DNA of 64,000 nt from an uncultured Candidatus Saccharibacteria bacterium (GCA_965230975.1 OZ246402.1:165771-229770); one strand, 5' to 3'. Positions 49,658 to 59,585 are shown, counted from the stretch's first letter. Translations and numbers: made by a program. The notes: generated by a model from the sequence alone, not told the origin.

Positions 49658-50848
49658 ATGAAAATTTTAAAAATCGAAGAGATTCAAAACTTTGATGAAA
49701 TTATTAAAACTTTGAAAAATGGAGGTCTTGTAATCTACCCGACCGAAACATCTTACGGTGTTGGTGTAGATGCAACAAATGAAGATGCAGTTTCAAAACT
49801 TTTAAAATATAAACAACGCCCAGAAGGGAAAGCTATTTCTATTGCGGTAAGTAATCAAGACTCGGCAAAAAAGTATGTTAAATTAAACTCGCAGGCAGAA
49901 GGTCTTTACAATACTTTTTTGCCGGGGCCAGTTACAATTATTTCTAAGTCTTTAGAAAAAGTAGATAAACGTTTAGAAAGTGAAAAAGAAACTTTGGGGG
50001 TTAGGATTCCAAATCATAGATTCTTACTAGATTTGCTAAGTGCTTTTGGAAAGCCGATTACGGCAACATCTGCAAATTTAAGTGGTAAAAAGACACCCTA
50101 CTCTGTTTCAGATATTTTAGATAATTTGCCAGAGAAGCAAAAAGATTTAATAGATTTGATTATTGATGGTGGCGAGTTGCCTAAAAACCCACCTTCAACA
50201 GTAATAGATACTACTACTTCAGAACTTACAACTTATAGGCAAGGTAGAATTGATCCAACAAAGGTTGCATCTAGTGACTCTCTTGAGACTAGTTCAGTTG
50301 AAGAAACTATTTTGGCAGGTGAAAAATTCTTTTTTGACCATAAAAAAGCTTTAAAAACAGGTCCATTAGTAATTTTATTAAATGGAGAGCTAGGTGCTGG
50401 CAAGACCCATTTTACAAAAGGAATTGCCAAGGCTTTAGGTATTAAAAATGTTATAAAATCGCCTACATATAACTATGTTAACGAGTATATTTTTACATCT
50501 AAATCTTTGCAAAGCTCTTCTATTGAAGATTTAAATAACGAAGCTGTGAGTATTAACAATTCAAATTACAGAGTTAGAGATAAGGATTTGGATCATTTAA
50601 AAACTACTTATTTTGAAAAACATAAGTTGTACCACTTTGACGCTTGGCGGGTTCAATCTAAAGAGGATTTAAATTTACTAAGGTTTTACGATTGGTTTGA
50701 ATCGGGCAATGTAATTATTATTGAATGGCCAAGTGTAGTAATGAATTTGGACCAGGATTTTTTTGAAAAGATAAACTACTACTATTTAGAGTTTGTTCAG
50801 TTAGATAACGATTCTAGAGAAATTAAAATATTTGAAATTAATAATTAA
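49658..50848 (+). CDS. TsaC (Sua5/YrdC)-TsaE fusion, t6A biosynthesis
   Basis: YPTETSYG, KQRP, PGPVT, VRIPNH, TATSANLSG, PSTVID, then LLNGELGAGKTHFTKG, KSPTY, YHFDAWR, IIEW. Confidence 0.9.
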   Translation: MKILKIEEIQNFDEIIKTLKNGGLVIYPTETSYGVGVDATNEDAVSKLLKYKQRPEGKAISIAVSNQDSAKKYVKLNSQAEGLYNTFLPGPVTIISKSLEKVDKRLESEKETLGVRIPNHRFLLDLLSAFGKPITATSANLSGKKTPYSVSDILDNLPEKQKDLIDLIIDGGELPKNPPSTVIDTTTSELTTYRQGRIDPTKVASSDSLETSSVEETILAGEKFFFDHKKALKTGPLVILLNGELGAGKTHFTKGIAKALGIKNVIKSPTYNYVNEYIFTSKSLQSSSIEDLNNEAVSINNSNYRVRDKDLDHLKTTYFEKHKLYHFDAWRVQSKEDLNLLRFYDWFESGNVIIIEWPSVVMNLDQDFFEKINYYYLEFVQLDNDSREIKIFEINN

Positions 50849-50856
50849 ACCATCCT

Positions 50857-51552
50857 ATGCCCCTACAATCTTTTGATGACCTGATTCAAGAAGACTATCT
50901 TAACGAAGTACTTGCCCCAGCAGAAGCTTATTCTGTAGAGCACCTTGTGCAAAGTAAAGTGAATGCTCAGATTGAGCAGGGAAAGGTATTGGGGTTTGAT
51001 GAATTTAAATTAAAGTGTGTGGGTTCCGGAGTGTACCCTGAAAACAAGTATTTCTATAAAGATTCAAAAGGTCAAAAGAAATTAAGCCATTTAGGCAAGT
51101 TTTACCAGAATCTTTCAGCTTACACGCAATCTTACACCGAAGATTCATTAAACAAACTTTTATTATCTGCGTCAGATGTTTATGTGGATAGGATTTATGC
51201 TGATAGAGCTTATGCTCAAACTGCATTTTTAGAAGACGAAATTAAAAGGATAGTTAATTTCTTAGCTGGAGCATTAGGACTTGGTGTAAAAGATATTCGA
51301 GATCTACTTTCTGAACTTGGAAGAATTAAACTTAAGTTTGAAAACTACTCCATTGTTCAAAAAAGAGCTGAATATGAAAGATTGGAAAAAATCTTAAGGG
51401 AATCAACTTCACCACAAGAGATCTCTTTGGCAAAAGCAGATATAGTAACTTTAAAAGGTCTTAGCCTACAAAAAGATAATAACGAGCTACTATTAATGCT
51501 AGTAGGTATTTGCTTGCCAGCGCTATTTGAAGGATTTACGGATGATTTGTAA
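50857..51552 (+). CDS. hypothetical protein
   Basis: 231-aa ORF 8 nt downstream of tsaCE. Confidence 0.65.
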   Translation: MPLQSFDDLIQEDYLNEVLAPAEAYSVEHLVQSKVNAQIEQGKVLGFDEFKLKCVGSGVYPENKYFYKDSKGQKKLSHLGKFYQNLSAYTQSYTEDSLNKLLLSASDVYVDRIYADRAYAQTAFLEDEIKRIVNFLAGALGLGVKDIRDLLSELGRIKLKFENYSIVQKRAEYERLEKILRESTSPQEISLAKADIVTLKGLSLQKDNNELLLMLVGICLPALFEGFTDDL

Positions 51553-51732
51553 AGTAGCATTTTATTCATGCTTTGAATTTAGTGAAACTTCTGACCTAAG
51601 ACCAAAATCTTTCATGATATAATTCCACGTAACTTTTTTAATTCAAACCAATGACACTAATTTAAGAAAAATAATTCGAAAACCTCCAAAATCTGGTTGG
51701 TAATTCAGTTTTTTATATCTTAAATTTATTTT

Positions 51733-53205
51733 GTGTCAAAACTCCAACTTGTAACAAACAACTTAGCCTACTCTTTTGACGATAGGGTCTTATTTGAAAA
51801 CTTATCTTTATCTGTATCTACAGAAGATAGAATTGCATTAATTGGCCAAAACGGAAGTGGAAAGTCAACTTTACTAAAGATTTTAGCGGGCGAAATAGCC
51901 CCGAGCGCGGGGTTAGTAATCCAAGATTGTCACATTGGCTATTTCGCCCAAAGCTACCCATCAATTAGAAACCTGGAAATTACAATCGCAGAATATTTAA
52001 TGCAACAAGATATTCCGCTTGAACAAATTTATACATCTTATATGCGAATTTGGCTTAAGCCAATTGATTTATCTAAAAAAATTATTGATTTAAGCGGTGG
52101 TGAGTTTACTAAATTTATGTTTGCAATAATTGATCAAACAAAACCAGAAGTGTTAATTTTAGATGAACCAACTAATAATATAGATGCCTACTCTATTGAA
52201 AGATTAAAAGAGTATATTAAATATTTTCAAGGTGGAGTTGTATTTGTATCCCACAATCTTGAATTTATATCTTCTGTTCCAAATCAAATATGGGAACTTG
52301 AAAACCTGGCAGTGAATAAAACGATATCTACCTATCTTGAATTTCAAGAGATTAAAAAATTGGAAGAGAATGCTAGACTTGGAAAACTTTCATCTACAAA
52401 TAAAGAACTAAAAAAACTAAAAAGTGCATACCAATTTGAAAAACTTAGAATTAATAAAGATCAGAAAAAAAAGGCAAAACTGCAAAAGAAAGGTACTTCC
52501 GGAGTTCCTAAAATAATGGCGGGAATAAAAAAGAATGAAGCTCAAATTTCATCTGGGAAAAAGCTAAACAACCTGTCTGTTCAAATATCCAATCTGCAAA
52601 AAGAAAAATCGTCTTTGCAAAAAAGTGTTCTCAAGAAAGCTTATTTAGAATTTGAAACTGAAAATAAAAAGCCGGGTTTAATTTTAAATCTTCAGCAAAC
52701 AATTCTTTCTAACAATTTAGACTTTTCAATTTATTTCGGAGATAGGATTTCTATAAATGGTCAAAATAGCTCAGGCAAAACCACACTGTGTAAATATATT
52801 TTTAATCAAACTAAAGATAAATTTAAAGTCGCATATTTAGATCAAAAATACGAGATAGTGGATTTAAATAAAAGTGTTTTAGAGAATATGAACACTTTTA
52901 ATAAAACATTGGGGCAAGAAACGAATAGAAGGTTTTTAGGTAACTTCTTATTTAGTACAAAAGGTCAGGTAAATCAAAAGGCCTCTACGCTTTCTGGGGG
53001 TGAACTTGCAAGATTAGCATTTGCCATGGTTACAGCAGGTGAAGTAGATTTATTAATTTTAGATGAGCCGGTTAACAACATTGACATTCAAACTCAAGAA
53101 GTTATAATCCACGGAATAAATAGGTTTAATGGTGCACTTGTTGTAGTGGCGCACGACAATCTATTTAAGGATAAGTTAAAACTCAAAAAATTTATATCAC
53201 TTTAG
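51733..53205 (+). CDS. ABC-F family ribosome-associated ATPase
   Basis: Two ABC cassettes (GQNGSGKST/LSGGE/DEPTNNID and GQNSSGKTT/LSGGE/DEPVNNID), long helical linker, no TM segments. Confidence 0.9.
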   Translation: MSKLQLVTNNLAYSFDDRVLFENLSLSVSTEDRIALIGQNGSGKSTLLKILAGEIAPSAGLVIQDCHIGYFAQSYPSIRNLEITIAEYLMQQDIPLEQIYTSYMRIWLKPIDLSKKIIDLSGGEFTKFMFAIIDQTKPEVLILDEPTNNIDAYSIERLKEYIKYFQGGVVFVSHNLEFISSVPNQIWELENLAVNKTISTYLEFQEIKKLEENARLGKLSSTNKELKKLKSAYQFEKLRINKDQKKKAKLQKKGTSGVPKIMAGIKKNEAQISSGKKLNNLSVQISNLQKEKSSLQKSVLKKAYLEFETENKKPGLILNLQQTILSNNLDFSIYFGDRISINGQNSSGKTTLCKYIFNQTKDKFKVAYLDQKYEIVDLNKSVLENMNTFNKTLGQETNRRFLGNFLFSTKGQVNQKASTLSGGELARLAFAMVTAGEVDLLILDEPVNNIDIQTQEVIIHGINRFNGALVVVAHDNLFKDKLKLKKFISL

Positions 53206-53237
53206 CTATTCATGTATTTAGAAGAATCTGACATAAG

Positions 53238-53705
53238 CTAAAGAGTATCTGGGGGCCAACCAGCAGTGCAAGGATCTGTACTAGTTCCCATTTGTCTGCT
53301 CCATCCACTTATTTCCATATTTATTGAAAGTTCATACCGCCCACCCGATCCTCTTACATAACAATATATTGTTCCGCTGGCATCTGAAAATTGACTTTCA
53401 ATATGCCCAACTTTAGATTGCAGAGTACCTGTTAATTGAAAAACGTTTTGAAAAGTCCTTCCGGTTCTTCTTAATGTAAGTGTGGTACCGTTATTTTCAA
53501 TAAATAGATCCGGAAGCGTTTTTTGGCTATAGTAAAAGTCTAAAACAGCAGTATTTAATTGGCTTAAAAAGGCAAGTCTTTCAGTGTCTCTTGCTGTTTT
53601 TTGAGCAGTAGATATTCCAAATATAGCTAATGCAGCAATTATCCCAATAATTGCCATTGCTACAACAAGTTCAATTAAGGTAAATGCTTTAATCCTTTTA
53701 TGCAT
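53238..53705 (-). CDS. type IV pilin / pseudopilin
   Basis: KA-FTLIELVVAMAIIGIIAA class III signal, ARDTER. Confidence 0.88.
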   Translation of the reverse strand: MHKRIKAFTLIELVVAMAIIGIIAALAIFGISTAQKTARDTERLAFLSQLNTAVLDFYYSQKTLPDLFIENNGTTLTLRRTGRTFQNVFQLTGTLQSKVGHIESQFSDASGTIYCYVRGSGGRYELSINMEISGWSRQMGTSTDPCTAGWPPDTL

Positions 53706-53864
53706 ATTAATAATTTATTTAAATTTATACTACTAGTTTATAAAAGGTAAAATTTAAATAAATTGTAAAACTTATGTAAATAGTACTAGTACTTTCTACC
53801 TTATCATGTTGGATAAAACATTAATACAAGTTATAATCCCAAACTTGACTATTACCTTTAAAAA

Positions 53865-54560
53865 ATGCATTCAGTTAAATTTGTTAAAAATAATATGCAA
53901 AAATGGTTGGCTCACCCAGGGGCTCAATTGGTCGATTTAATAATAAATAGGCCAGATTTTCAAACAATTTCTTCAAATCCAGAATCGAATGGGCATTATA
54001 GGAATAAAATTGTAGGGGAATTTTATGGAGATTTAAATAACTTTACCAGATATTATATTGACCCGTTAACTGGTGAGAATAAACAAACTGTTATTAGCAA
54101 ATTAACTGATAGGTGGGAGTCTTTTAAGAAAAGAAATTACTTACCATTTAATGAACTTGCAGAATTTGTACTTAACTTAGCTGATATTTATTATGCAATT
54201 AGATTTGATAAGCTTGCATATAAGTGGGAAGATTCCCACCCCACTATGCAAATTTACAACGAAATTTACAATTATTTCTCTAATGAACTATGTGATTTTT
54301 TATTTGGTTCTGATAATGGTGTGTTAAATGAGAATGCAATTGCAGCAGTAGAACTTTTAATGAGAAATATTACAGCAAATAAATACTATGTTAGAAGTTG
54401 TTTAATAGAATCGAATGAAACAGAGATTAAAAGAGAAACCAGAGGAAATTTAGAGCGCTTAATTACGGCATTGTATTTACAAAGACAGCTGGATATATAC
54501 GGTATAAGTCGAGTGGAAGACGAAGAGTATATTCAAAATTTACGTTGCATGGAAAGTTAG
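53865..54560 (+). CDS. hypothetical protein
   Basis: 231-aa ORF, no recognised motif. Confidence 0.6.
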   Translation: MHSVKFVKNNMQKWLAHPGAQLVDLIINRPDFQTISSNPESNGHYRNKIVGEFYGDLNNFTRYYIDPLTGENKQTVISKLTDRWESFKKRNYLPFNELAEFVLNLADIYYAIRFDKLAYKWEDSHPTMQIYNEIYNYFSNELCDFLFGSDNGVLNENAIAAVELLMRNITANKYYVRSCLIESNETEIKRETRGNLERLITALYLQRQLDIYGISRVEDEEYIQNLRCMES

Positions 54561-54575
54561 TGTTATAATATCCGC

Positions 54576-54623
54576 ATGAATTCAAAATTCACTTGCACAA
54601 ACTATTTCTTCTACTGGCTTTAA
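54576..54623 (+). CDS. putative leader peptide 1 (MNSKFTCTNYFFYWL)
   Basis: ATG 6 nt after extended -10 TGtTATAAT (54561-54569); ends in five consecutive aromatic codons (YFFYW). Confidence 0.55.
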   Translation: MNSKFTCTNYFFYWL

Positions 54624-54676
54624 GCCAGACATAAATCACACCCACAAATCGCTAGTTTTAATTTATTTTAGGTTTT

Positions 54677-54742
54677 ATGATATTTATTTCTTTTAACACA
54701 ATGTATTGGTATAGCCTACTCCATTTAACTTGGCGGAGGTAA
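54677..54742 (+). CDS. putative Trp leader peptide 2 (MIFISFNTMYWYSLLHLTWRR)
   Basis: Two Trp codons, TrpL-like WRR end; contains the antiterminator strand CTTGGCGG. Confidence 0.65.
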   Translation: MIFISFNTMYWYSLLHLTWRR

Positions 54743-54762
54743 CATACCTGTATTTTTCTAAT

Positions 54763-54788
54763 AAACCGCCAAGAAGGCGGTTTTTTTT
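54763..54788 (+). terminator. attenuator terminator upstream of the ATP-grasp/phosphatase/trpS operon
   Basis: AAACCGCC-aagaa-GGCGGTTTTTTTT; CCGCCAAG (54766-54773) can pair instead with CTTGGCGG (54729-54736). Confidence 0.85.
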
Positions 54789-54805
54789 ATTTATTGATAC
54801 TAATT

Positions 54806-56167
54806 ATGAACAATATTTTACAAGAACAAAAAGTACAGATTACAGCAAGGCAGGTTGCTAACAAGTTTTTTGGATCTTTTTACGATGAAAGGCACAATTT
54901 TCGAATTTCAGAGGAAATGGCTCCTCTTTCTTCTGAAAACTTAGTATCTATAGAATTGGTAGCCAGTGTAATACCAGACTTTATAGAAGGCTCTCTTAAG
55001 CTAGAGGCCTTATCTTTGATTGACGATAAATTTAGAAGATCTGATGCAACATTTAGATTAATCAGAAGATTGTTAGGAATAGAAAGCGTATTTCAAGCAA
55101 TGATAGAACTGAATAAAGCAGAAGGATTTAAAAGAGATGCGGAAAGAGATTTTGAACAAGAATTGAGAATAATTTCTCAAACCCAACTAAGCGAAAATCA
55201 TCCGTTTGTAAGGCTGGATTGTATTATAGATTGTGACTCTAAAGCTATAAAAATAGTAGAAATTGAAGAAGCAAAGTTACATGGACTTGGTTACGCTACT
55301 TTGTGCAGAATGCTGTCTGATGTAAAAGTTGGAGAAGGTTTAGTAAACAGATTTGTTGATCTAACTAAAGACAACCCCGGACTTATACTCTTATCAAACA
55401 ATGAAAGATTTTACTTAATGGAGCAACTTTTTTTTGCAAAGCAGGTAAACCAGTCAGGTGGAAATTTAACTATTGCAATGCAAGATAAAATTGATATAAC
55501 TGAAGAAGGAATTGCAGTAAGAGATGAGTTTGGAAGAACAAATAAGATTCTAACGAACATCATAAACCTCCCACAGTTTAGTGGCAATTCAGAACATGCA
55601 GCAAAAGTAGATAAAGCGATTAATTCTCTCTTTTTAAGAGGAGTTATTGATATAAAATCTTTTAGAAGATCATTCTTAGGAGAGAAATCATTACTAGCTT
55701 TAATTTCCAATCCATTCCATGACCCAGAACTAGAAGAATTGCTTGTAGCTTGTTTCAACCCATCTATAATTGAGATTTTAAGGGAAATGATACCTAAAAC
55801 ATTTATGCCCACAAGCAAAAATCAAAAGCAAAATATTATAGAAATGATAAGATCAGGCAAAAAAGTTTTTGTAAAAGTTGTAAACGCATCTGGTGCAAGA
55901 GGGGTTGCCTCTTTTGATGAACCTCTGCGTCAAATTGAACTTATACAACAAGGAAATGTTATTGTACAAGAAGCAATCCAAGCACAACAAGTAGAACTTC
56001 CTTTTTGTGATTTAGCCACTTTAGAAACTGGGGTTGATAATCATACTATTAGATATGGCTCTTTTGTATTTAATGGAAATCTTGAAGAGATAGCGGCTAC
56101 TGCTTCGCCTTCAAAAATTGCGCATGGAGGGGTAACATCTATACAGACAGGAATAAAAATTATTTAA
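54806..56167 (+). CDS. ATP-grasp ligase, circularly permuted/glutathionylspermidine-synthase-like
   Basis: VRLD...IKIVEIE, EKSLLALI, IPKT, VFVKVVNASGARGV, IVQEAI; start at MNNIL (ORF track begins at TTG 54794). Confidence 0.7.
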   Translation: MNNILQEQKVQITARQVANKFFGSFYDERHNFRISEEMAPLSSENLVSIELVASVIPDFIEGSLKLEALSLIDDKFRRSDATFRLIRRLLGIESVFQAMIELNKAEGFKRDAERDFEQELRIISQTQLSENHPFVRLDCIIDCDSKAIKIVEIEEAKLHGLGYATLCRMLSDVKVGEGLVNRFVDLTKDNPGLILLSNNERFYLMEQLFFAKQVNQSGGNLTIAMQDKIDITEEGIAVRDEFGRTNKILTNIINLPQFSGNSEHAAKVDKAINSLFLRGVIDIKSFRRSFLGEKSLLALISNPFHDPELEELLVACFNPSIIEILREMIPKTFMPTSKNQKQNIIEMIRSGKKVFVKVVNASGARGVASFDEPLRQIELIQQGNVIVQEAIQAQQVELPFCDLATLETGVDNHTIRYGSFVFNGNLEEIAATASPSKIAHGGVTSIQTGIKII

Positions 56168-56172
56168 ACAAT

Positions 56173-56718
56173 ATGGAAAATTTAATATTAATTAGGCACG
56201 GAGAAACAGGTGATAATAAATCAGATCCTAAAAGAGCTTTAACTAAAGAGGGTCAACGAAAAGTTGGGGAAGTAGCTTTATTGTTATCTAGAAATTTTAA
56301 AGATAAAGAATTTTTAATTTTAACCACAGATACTTATAGAGCTGTTCAAACGTCCAATATTCTTGCAAAAGAATTGACTGTTAATAAAATAGTAAAATCA
56401 AAACTTAGAATTTTGAACTTAGATAATTTGAGATCTATAATTCAATCAAATGAAAAAAAAAGAATCAGACCTGCTAAAACCTATTTGAGTATGCCAGACA
56501 ATCAACTGAAAGAATTAGAAGTAGAAACCTCTGATCAAGTTTTTAACAGATGGACAAAATTAATTAAGGATTTTAAAGCTAAAAACGTTATAATTGTTAG
56601 TCATGAATGTTCTCTAGAAGCTTTTTTATCAAAACAAAAGGGCTATACCGTGATTCGTAAATCCTTTAAAAAGTACTTTAATTATGGTGATTTCGCAATA
56701 TTAACAAAAAAAATATGA
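56173..56718 (+). CDS. histidine phosphatase (PGM/SixA-like)
   Basis: LIRHGET, RALTKEG, RAVQTS, IVSHE. Confidence 0.85.
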   Translation: MENLILIRHGETGDNKSDPKRALTKEGQRKVGEVALLLSRNFKDKEFLILTTDTYRAVQTSNILAKELTVNKIVKSKLRILNLDNLRSIIQSNEKKRIRPAKTYLSMPDNQLKELEVETSDQVFNRWTKLIKDFKAKNVIIVSHECSLEAFLSKQKGYTVIRKSFKKYFNYGDFAILTKKI

Positions 56719-57734
56719 ATAATATAAATAATAAAAAACCAAGAATACTAACTGGTGATAGACCAACAGGCAAACTACACCTTGGTCATTACGTTGGCTC
56801 TTTAGCAAATAGAGTTAAACTTCAAGATGAATACGATGAATTTATAATGATTGCAGATGTACAAGCTTTAACCGACAATTATGACAATCCTCAAAAAGTT
56901 AGAGATAACCTACTAGAAGTAGCAATGGATTACTTAGCTGTAGGTATTGATCCAACAAAAACAACAATTTTTGTACAATCACAAATTCCAGAAATTGCAG
57001 AACTAACAGTCTTTTTTATGAACTTAGTAACACATGCTCAAGTTTTAAGAAACCCAACTGTAAAAACTGAAATAATAGAAAAAGGATTTGGAGACACTAC
57101 TCCATTTGGATTTGTAGCCTACCCAGTAAGTCAGGCTGCAGACATCCTATTTTTAAAAGCAAGCTTAGTACCGGTTGGAGCCGATCAAGCACCAATGTTA
57201 GAACTTGCAGATGAGATAGGTCAAAGATTTAACCGAACATACAACACAAACATCTTCCCACGGGTAAAAGGATTGTTTGGAGAAATCCCAAGATTAATTG
57301 GTACAGATGGTCAAGCAAAAATGAGCAAATCTATTGGAAACACAATTTATTTGTCAGATTCTACAGAGATAGTAAAAGAAAAGGTAATGAAAATGTACAC
57401 AGACCCAAACAGAAAGAAATCAACAGACCCTGGAACCGTAGAAGGCAACCCCGTATTTATTTATCATGATGCCTTTAACCCAGATAAGGCAGAAGTTGAG
57501 AATTTGAAAGCAAGATACAAGGCAGGGACAGTTGGAGATGTAGAGGTTAAACAAAAACTAGCAGTTGCAATTAACAACTTTTTAGACCCAATAAGAGAAA
57601 GAAGGTCTAAATACGAACAAAACCCGGAACTTGTTAAAGAGATTTTAGAAAAAGGCATAGAAAAAGCTAGTATAATTGCAAAAGAAACTATGCAAGAGGT
57701 AAAGTCTGCAATGAAAATAGACTATTTTAAATAA
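56715..57734 (+). CDS. trpS: tryptophan--tRNA ligase (bacterial TGDRPTG clade)
   Basis: [36 protein letters not shown]. Confidence 0.96.
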   Translation: MNNINNKKPRILTGDRPTGKLHLGHYVGSLANRVKLQDEYDEFIMIADVQALTDNYDNPQKVRDNLLEVAMDYLAVGIDPTKTTIFVQSQIPEIAELTVFFMNLVTHAQVLRNPTVKTEIIEKGFGDTTPFGFVAYPVSQAADILFLKASLVPVGADQAPMLELADEIGQRFNRTYNTNIFPRVKGLFGEIPRLIGTDGQAKMSKSIGNTIYLSDSTEIVKEKVMKMYTDPNRKKSTDPGTVEGNPVFIYHDAFNPDKAEVENLKARYKAGTVGDVEVKQKLAVAINNFLDPIRERRSKYEQNPELVKEILEKGIEKASIIAKETMQEVKSAMKIDYFK

Positions 57735-57802
57735 TCTATTAAAACCTTTGTTTGAGGTTATTTAAGTAATGTATTAAACTTAAAATAGAGTAATAATAAA
57801 TT

Positions 57803-58438
57803 ATGAAAGTTGTAAGAGCTTTACCTAAAATTATAATTGTAGTAGTTGTTTCTTTTGTTCTTGTTTATTTTTTAAATAAGGGTGCATTAGATAAATCAAG
57901 CAGACCTATTAAAGAGATAACGGCTGAAAATTACACTGAGGTTATAAAAAACCAAGTTGAAATAGACGATACTGTAAGTATTAAGGGCACACCCAATCTT
58001 TTGGCTCAAGTTTCTCAAGAGTCTTTGGTTACGGGATCAACCTCTGAAAGAAAAATTGACTACTACTATGTTGGCTTAAAAGAGTATGGGTTTGATTTTG
58101 TTGTTAGAATTATCCCAGGTAAATTAAAAGCAGAAGAGCAAACATTTGTAGGTAGGGTTACCGGATTAGCCTCTACAGAATTTGGCACAAGAATTAAAAA
58201 CAGCTTAAACAAGCCAATAAACTTTGATGAGAGCGTTAACGAGCAAGCATCTAATGAATTAGATAAAGAATCTAAAGACTTATTGGCTCAAAAATCTGAA
58301 GCAAATTTTACTAACTCTACACTACTTGTTTTAGATGAAGAGGTTGTGTCTTACTCTACTGCATTTGGTACAGTAGTGTTTTGGAGCGCAATACTTAGTG
58401 TGTTCATGATTACGTTATTTAGAAAAAAGGTGTTTTAA
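57803..58438 (+). CDS. hypothetical membrane protein (N- and C-terminal TM)
   Basis: 211-aa ORF with a TM helix at each end. Confidence 0.7.
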   Translation: MKVVRALPKIIIVVVVSFVLVYFLNKGALDKSSRPIKEITAENYTEVIKNQVEIDDTVSIKGTPNLLAQVSQESLVTGSTSERKIDYYYVGLKEYGFDFVVRIIPGKLKAEEQTFVGRVTGLASTEFGTRIKNSLNKPINFDESVNEQASNELDKESKDLLAQKSEANFTNSTLLVLDEEVVSYSTAFGTVVFWSAILSVFMITLFRKKVF

Positions 58439-58459
58439 TATTTTTTAAGTTTAAGAAAT

Positions 58460-58488
58460 AAAAAAAGGAGGCTTTTAAGCCTCCTTTT
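58460..58488. terminator. bidirectional intrinsic terminator
   Basis: AAAAGGAGGCTT-tt-AAGCCTCCTTTT between convergent genes. Confidence 0.85.
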
Positions 58489-58502
58489 AATATCTCGTTT
58501 GT

Positions 58503-59585
58503 TTATTTGGATTTCTCGTTAAGTTCTACCAATCTTTTTAAACCATTATTTCTGGTTAAGGCTGTTTTTAAATACTCTCTATTACTTTCAACGGAGTAAT
58601 ACTTTTTAGAAGCATCATCGAGCTTTGAAATTTCTTGTTCAACTTCTTCATCTGTAGGAATTCGTTTTTCTTTTACAGCTAGATTTATTAACAAAAGGTC
58701 TGTTGCCAAATCCAATTCAGATTGTTTGTGCCACTCTTCTCTTAACTCTTCAATTGTTTTACCTTGGGTTTTTAAATAAACTTCTGCGTCAAGTTTAAGA
58801 TCTTTTAACCTTTTTTTAAATTGCTCTTCTCTCTCTTCCATTTCTTTATGTACGTATTCATGTGGGACTTCAAAATCTGCAGCATTTACTGCTGCCATTA
58901 CTAAACTATTTGTGTATTCCCCTTGTGATTGCTCTTCTTTTAAACTGATTAGTGTTTCCTTAACTTTTGCCTTAGCTCCTGCAAGGTCTTTTTCATCTTC
59001 ATAACCAAGTTCTTTAATAAGATCATCTGTTAGTTCAATATCTTCCTGTTCAGATTCTTCTTTGTTTGAATCTTTAGATGCTTTTTTTTCTGTCTTTACT
59101 ATATTCTTTTCCCATTTTTCTCTTGGTAAAGAAGATTTTACAAGATTTTTAATAACCTCAATAACTTCTTCATCTGTTACCTTCTCCTCTTTCTTTTCAA
59201 CTTTTAGTTTAGTAAGTTTCGAAACATCAATGTCAGGTTGCCTTAAGAATTCAAAAGTAAATTTGATACCTTTTTCATTTTTATCTACTTCTGGAATGTC
59301 ATAATTAAGTGTAGATATTGGGTTTAATTTTTCAAGCTTTAAAACCTCTATTGCAACTTCTGGCAAAACCTTGTTAATGGTTTCTATATATACATTGTAT
59401 GCAATCTGCTTTTCAATTTCTGCTTTTGGTGCCATTCCCGGTCTAAAGCCTGGGATTTTTACACTCTTAGACATTTGTTTAAATAGTTCTGATCTTCTCT
59501 TTTCAAACAGGTCCTCGGGCACTACAGCTTCAAATTTCACCTTGTTTTTCTTCTCTTCAAGTTTTTTATAGTTGATTTTTTCCAT
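58503..59585 (-). CDS. tig: trigger factor lacking the FKBP PPIase domain
   Basis: IPGFRPGMAP ribosome-binding motif; VTDEEV...ELTDDLIKELG joined by a short charged linker; C-terminal domain present. Confidence 0.88.
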   Translation of the reverse strand: MEKINYKKLEEKKNKVKFEAVVPEDLFEKRRSELFKQMSKSVKIPGFRPGMAPKAEIEKQIAYNVYIETINKVLPEVAIEVLKLEKLNPISTLNYDIPEVDKNEKGIKFTFEFLRQPDIDVSKLTKLKVEKKEEKVTDEEVIEVIKNLVKSSLPREKWEKNIVKTEKKASKDSNKEESEQEDIELTDDLIKELGYEDEKDLAGAKAKVKETLISLKEEQSQGEYTNSLVMAAVNAADFEVPHEYVHKEMEEREEQFKKRLKDLKLDAEVYLKTQGKTIEELREEWHKQSELDLATDLLLINLAVKEKRIPTDEEVEQEISKLDDASKKYYSVESNREYLKTALTRNNGLKRLVELNEKSK

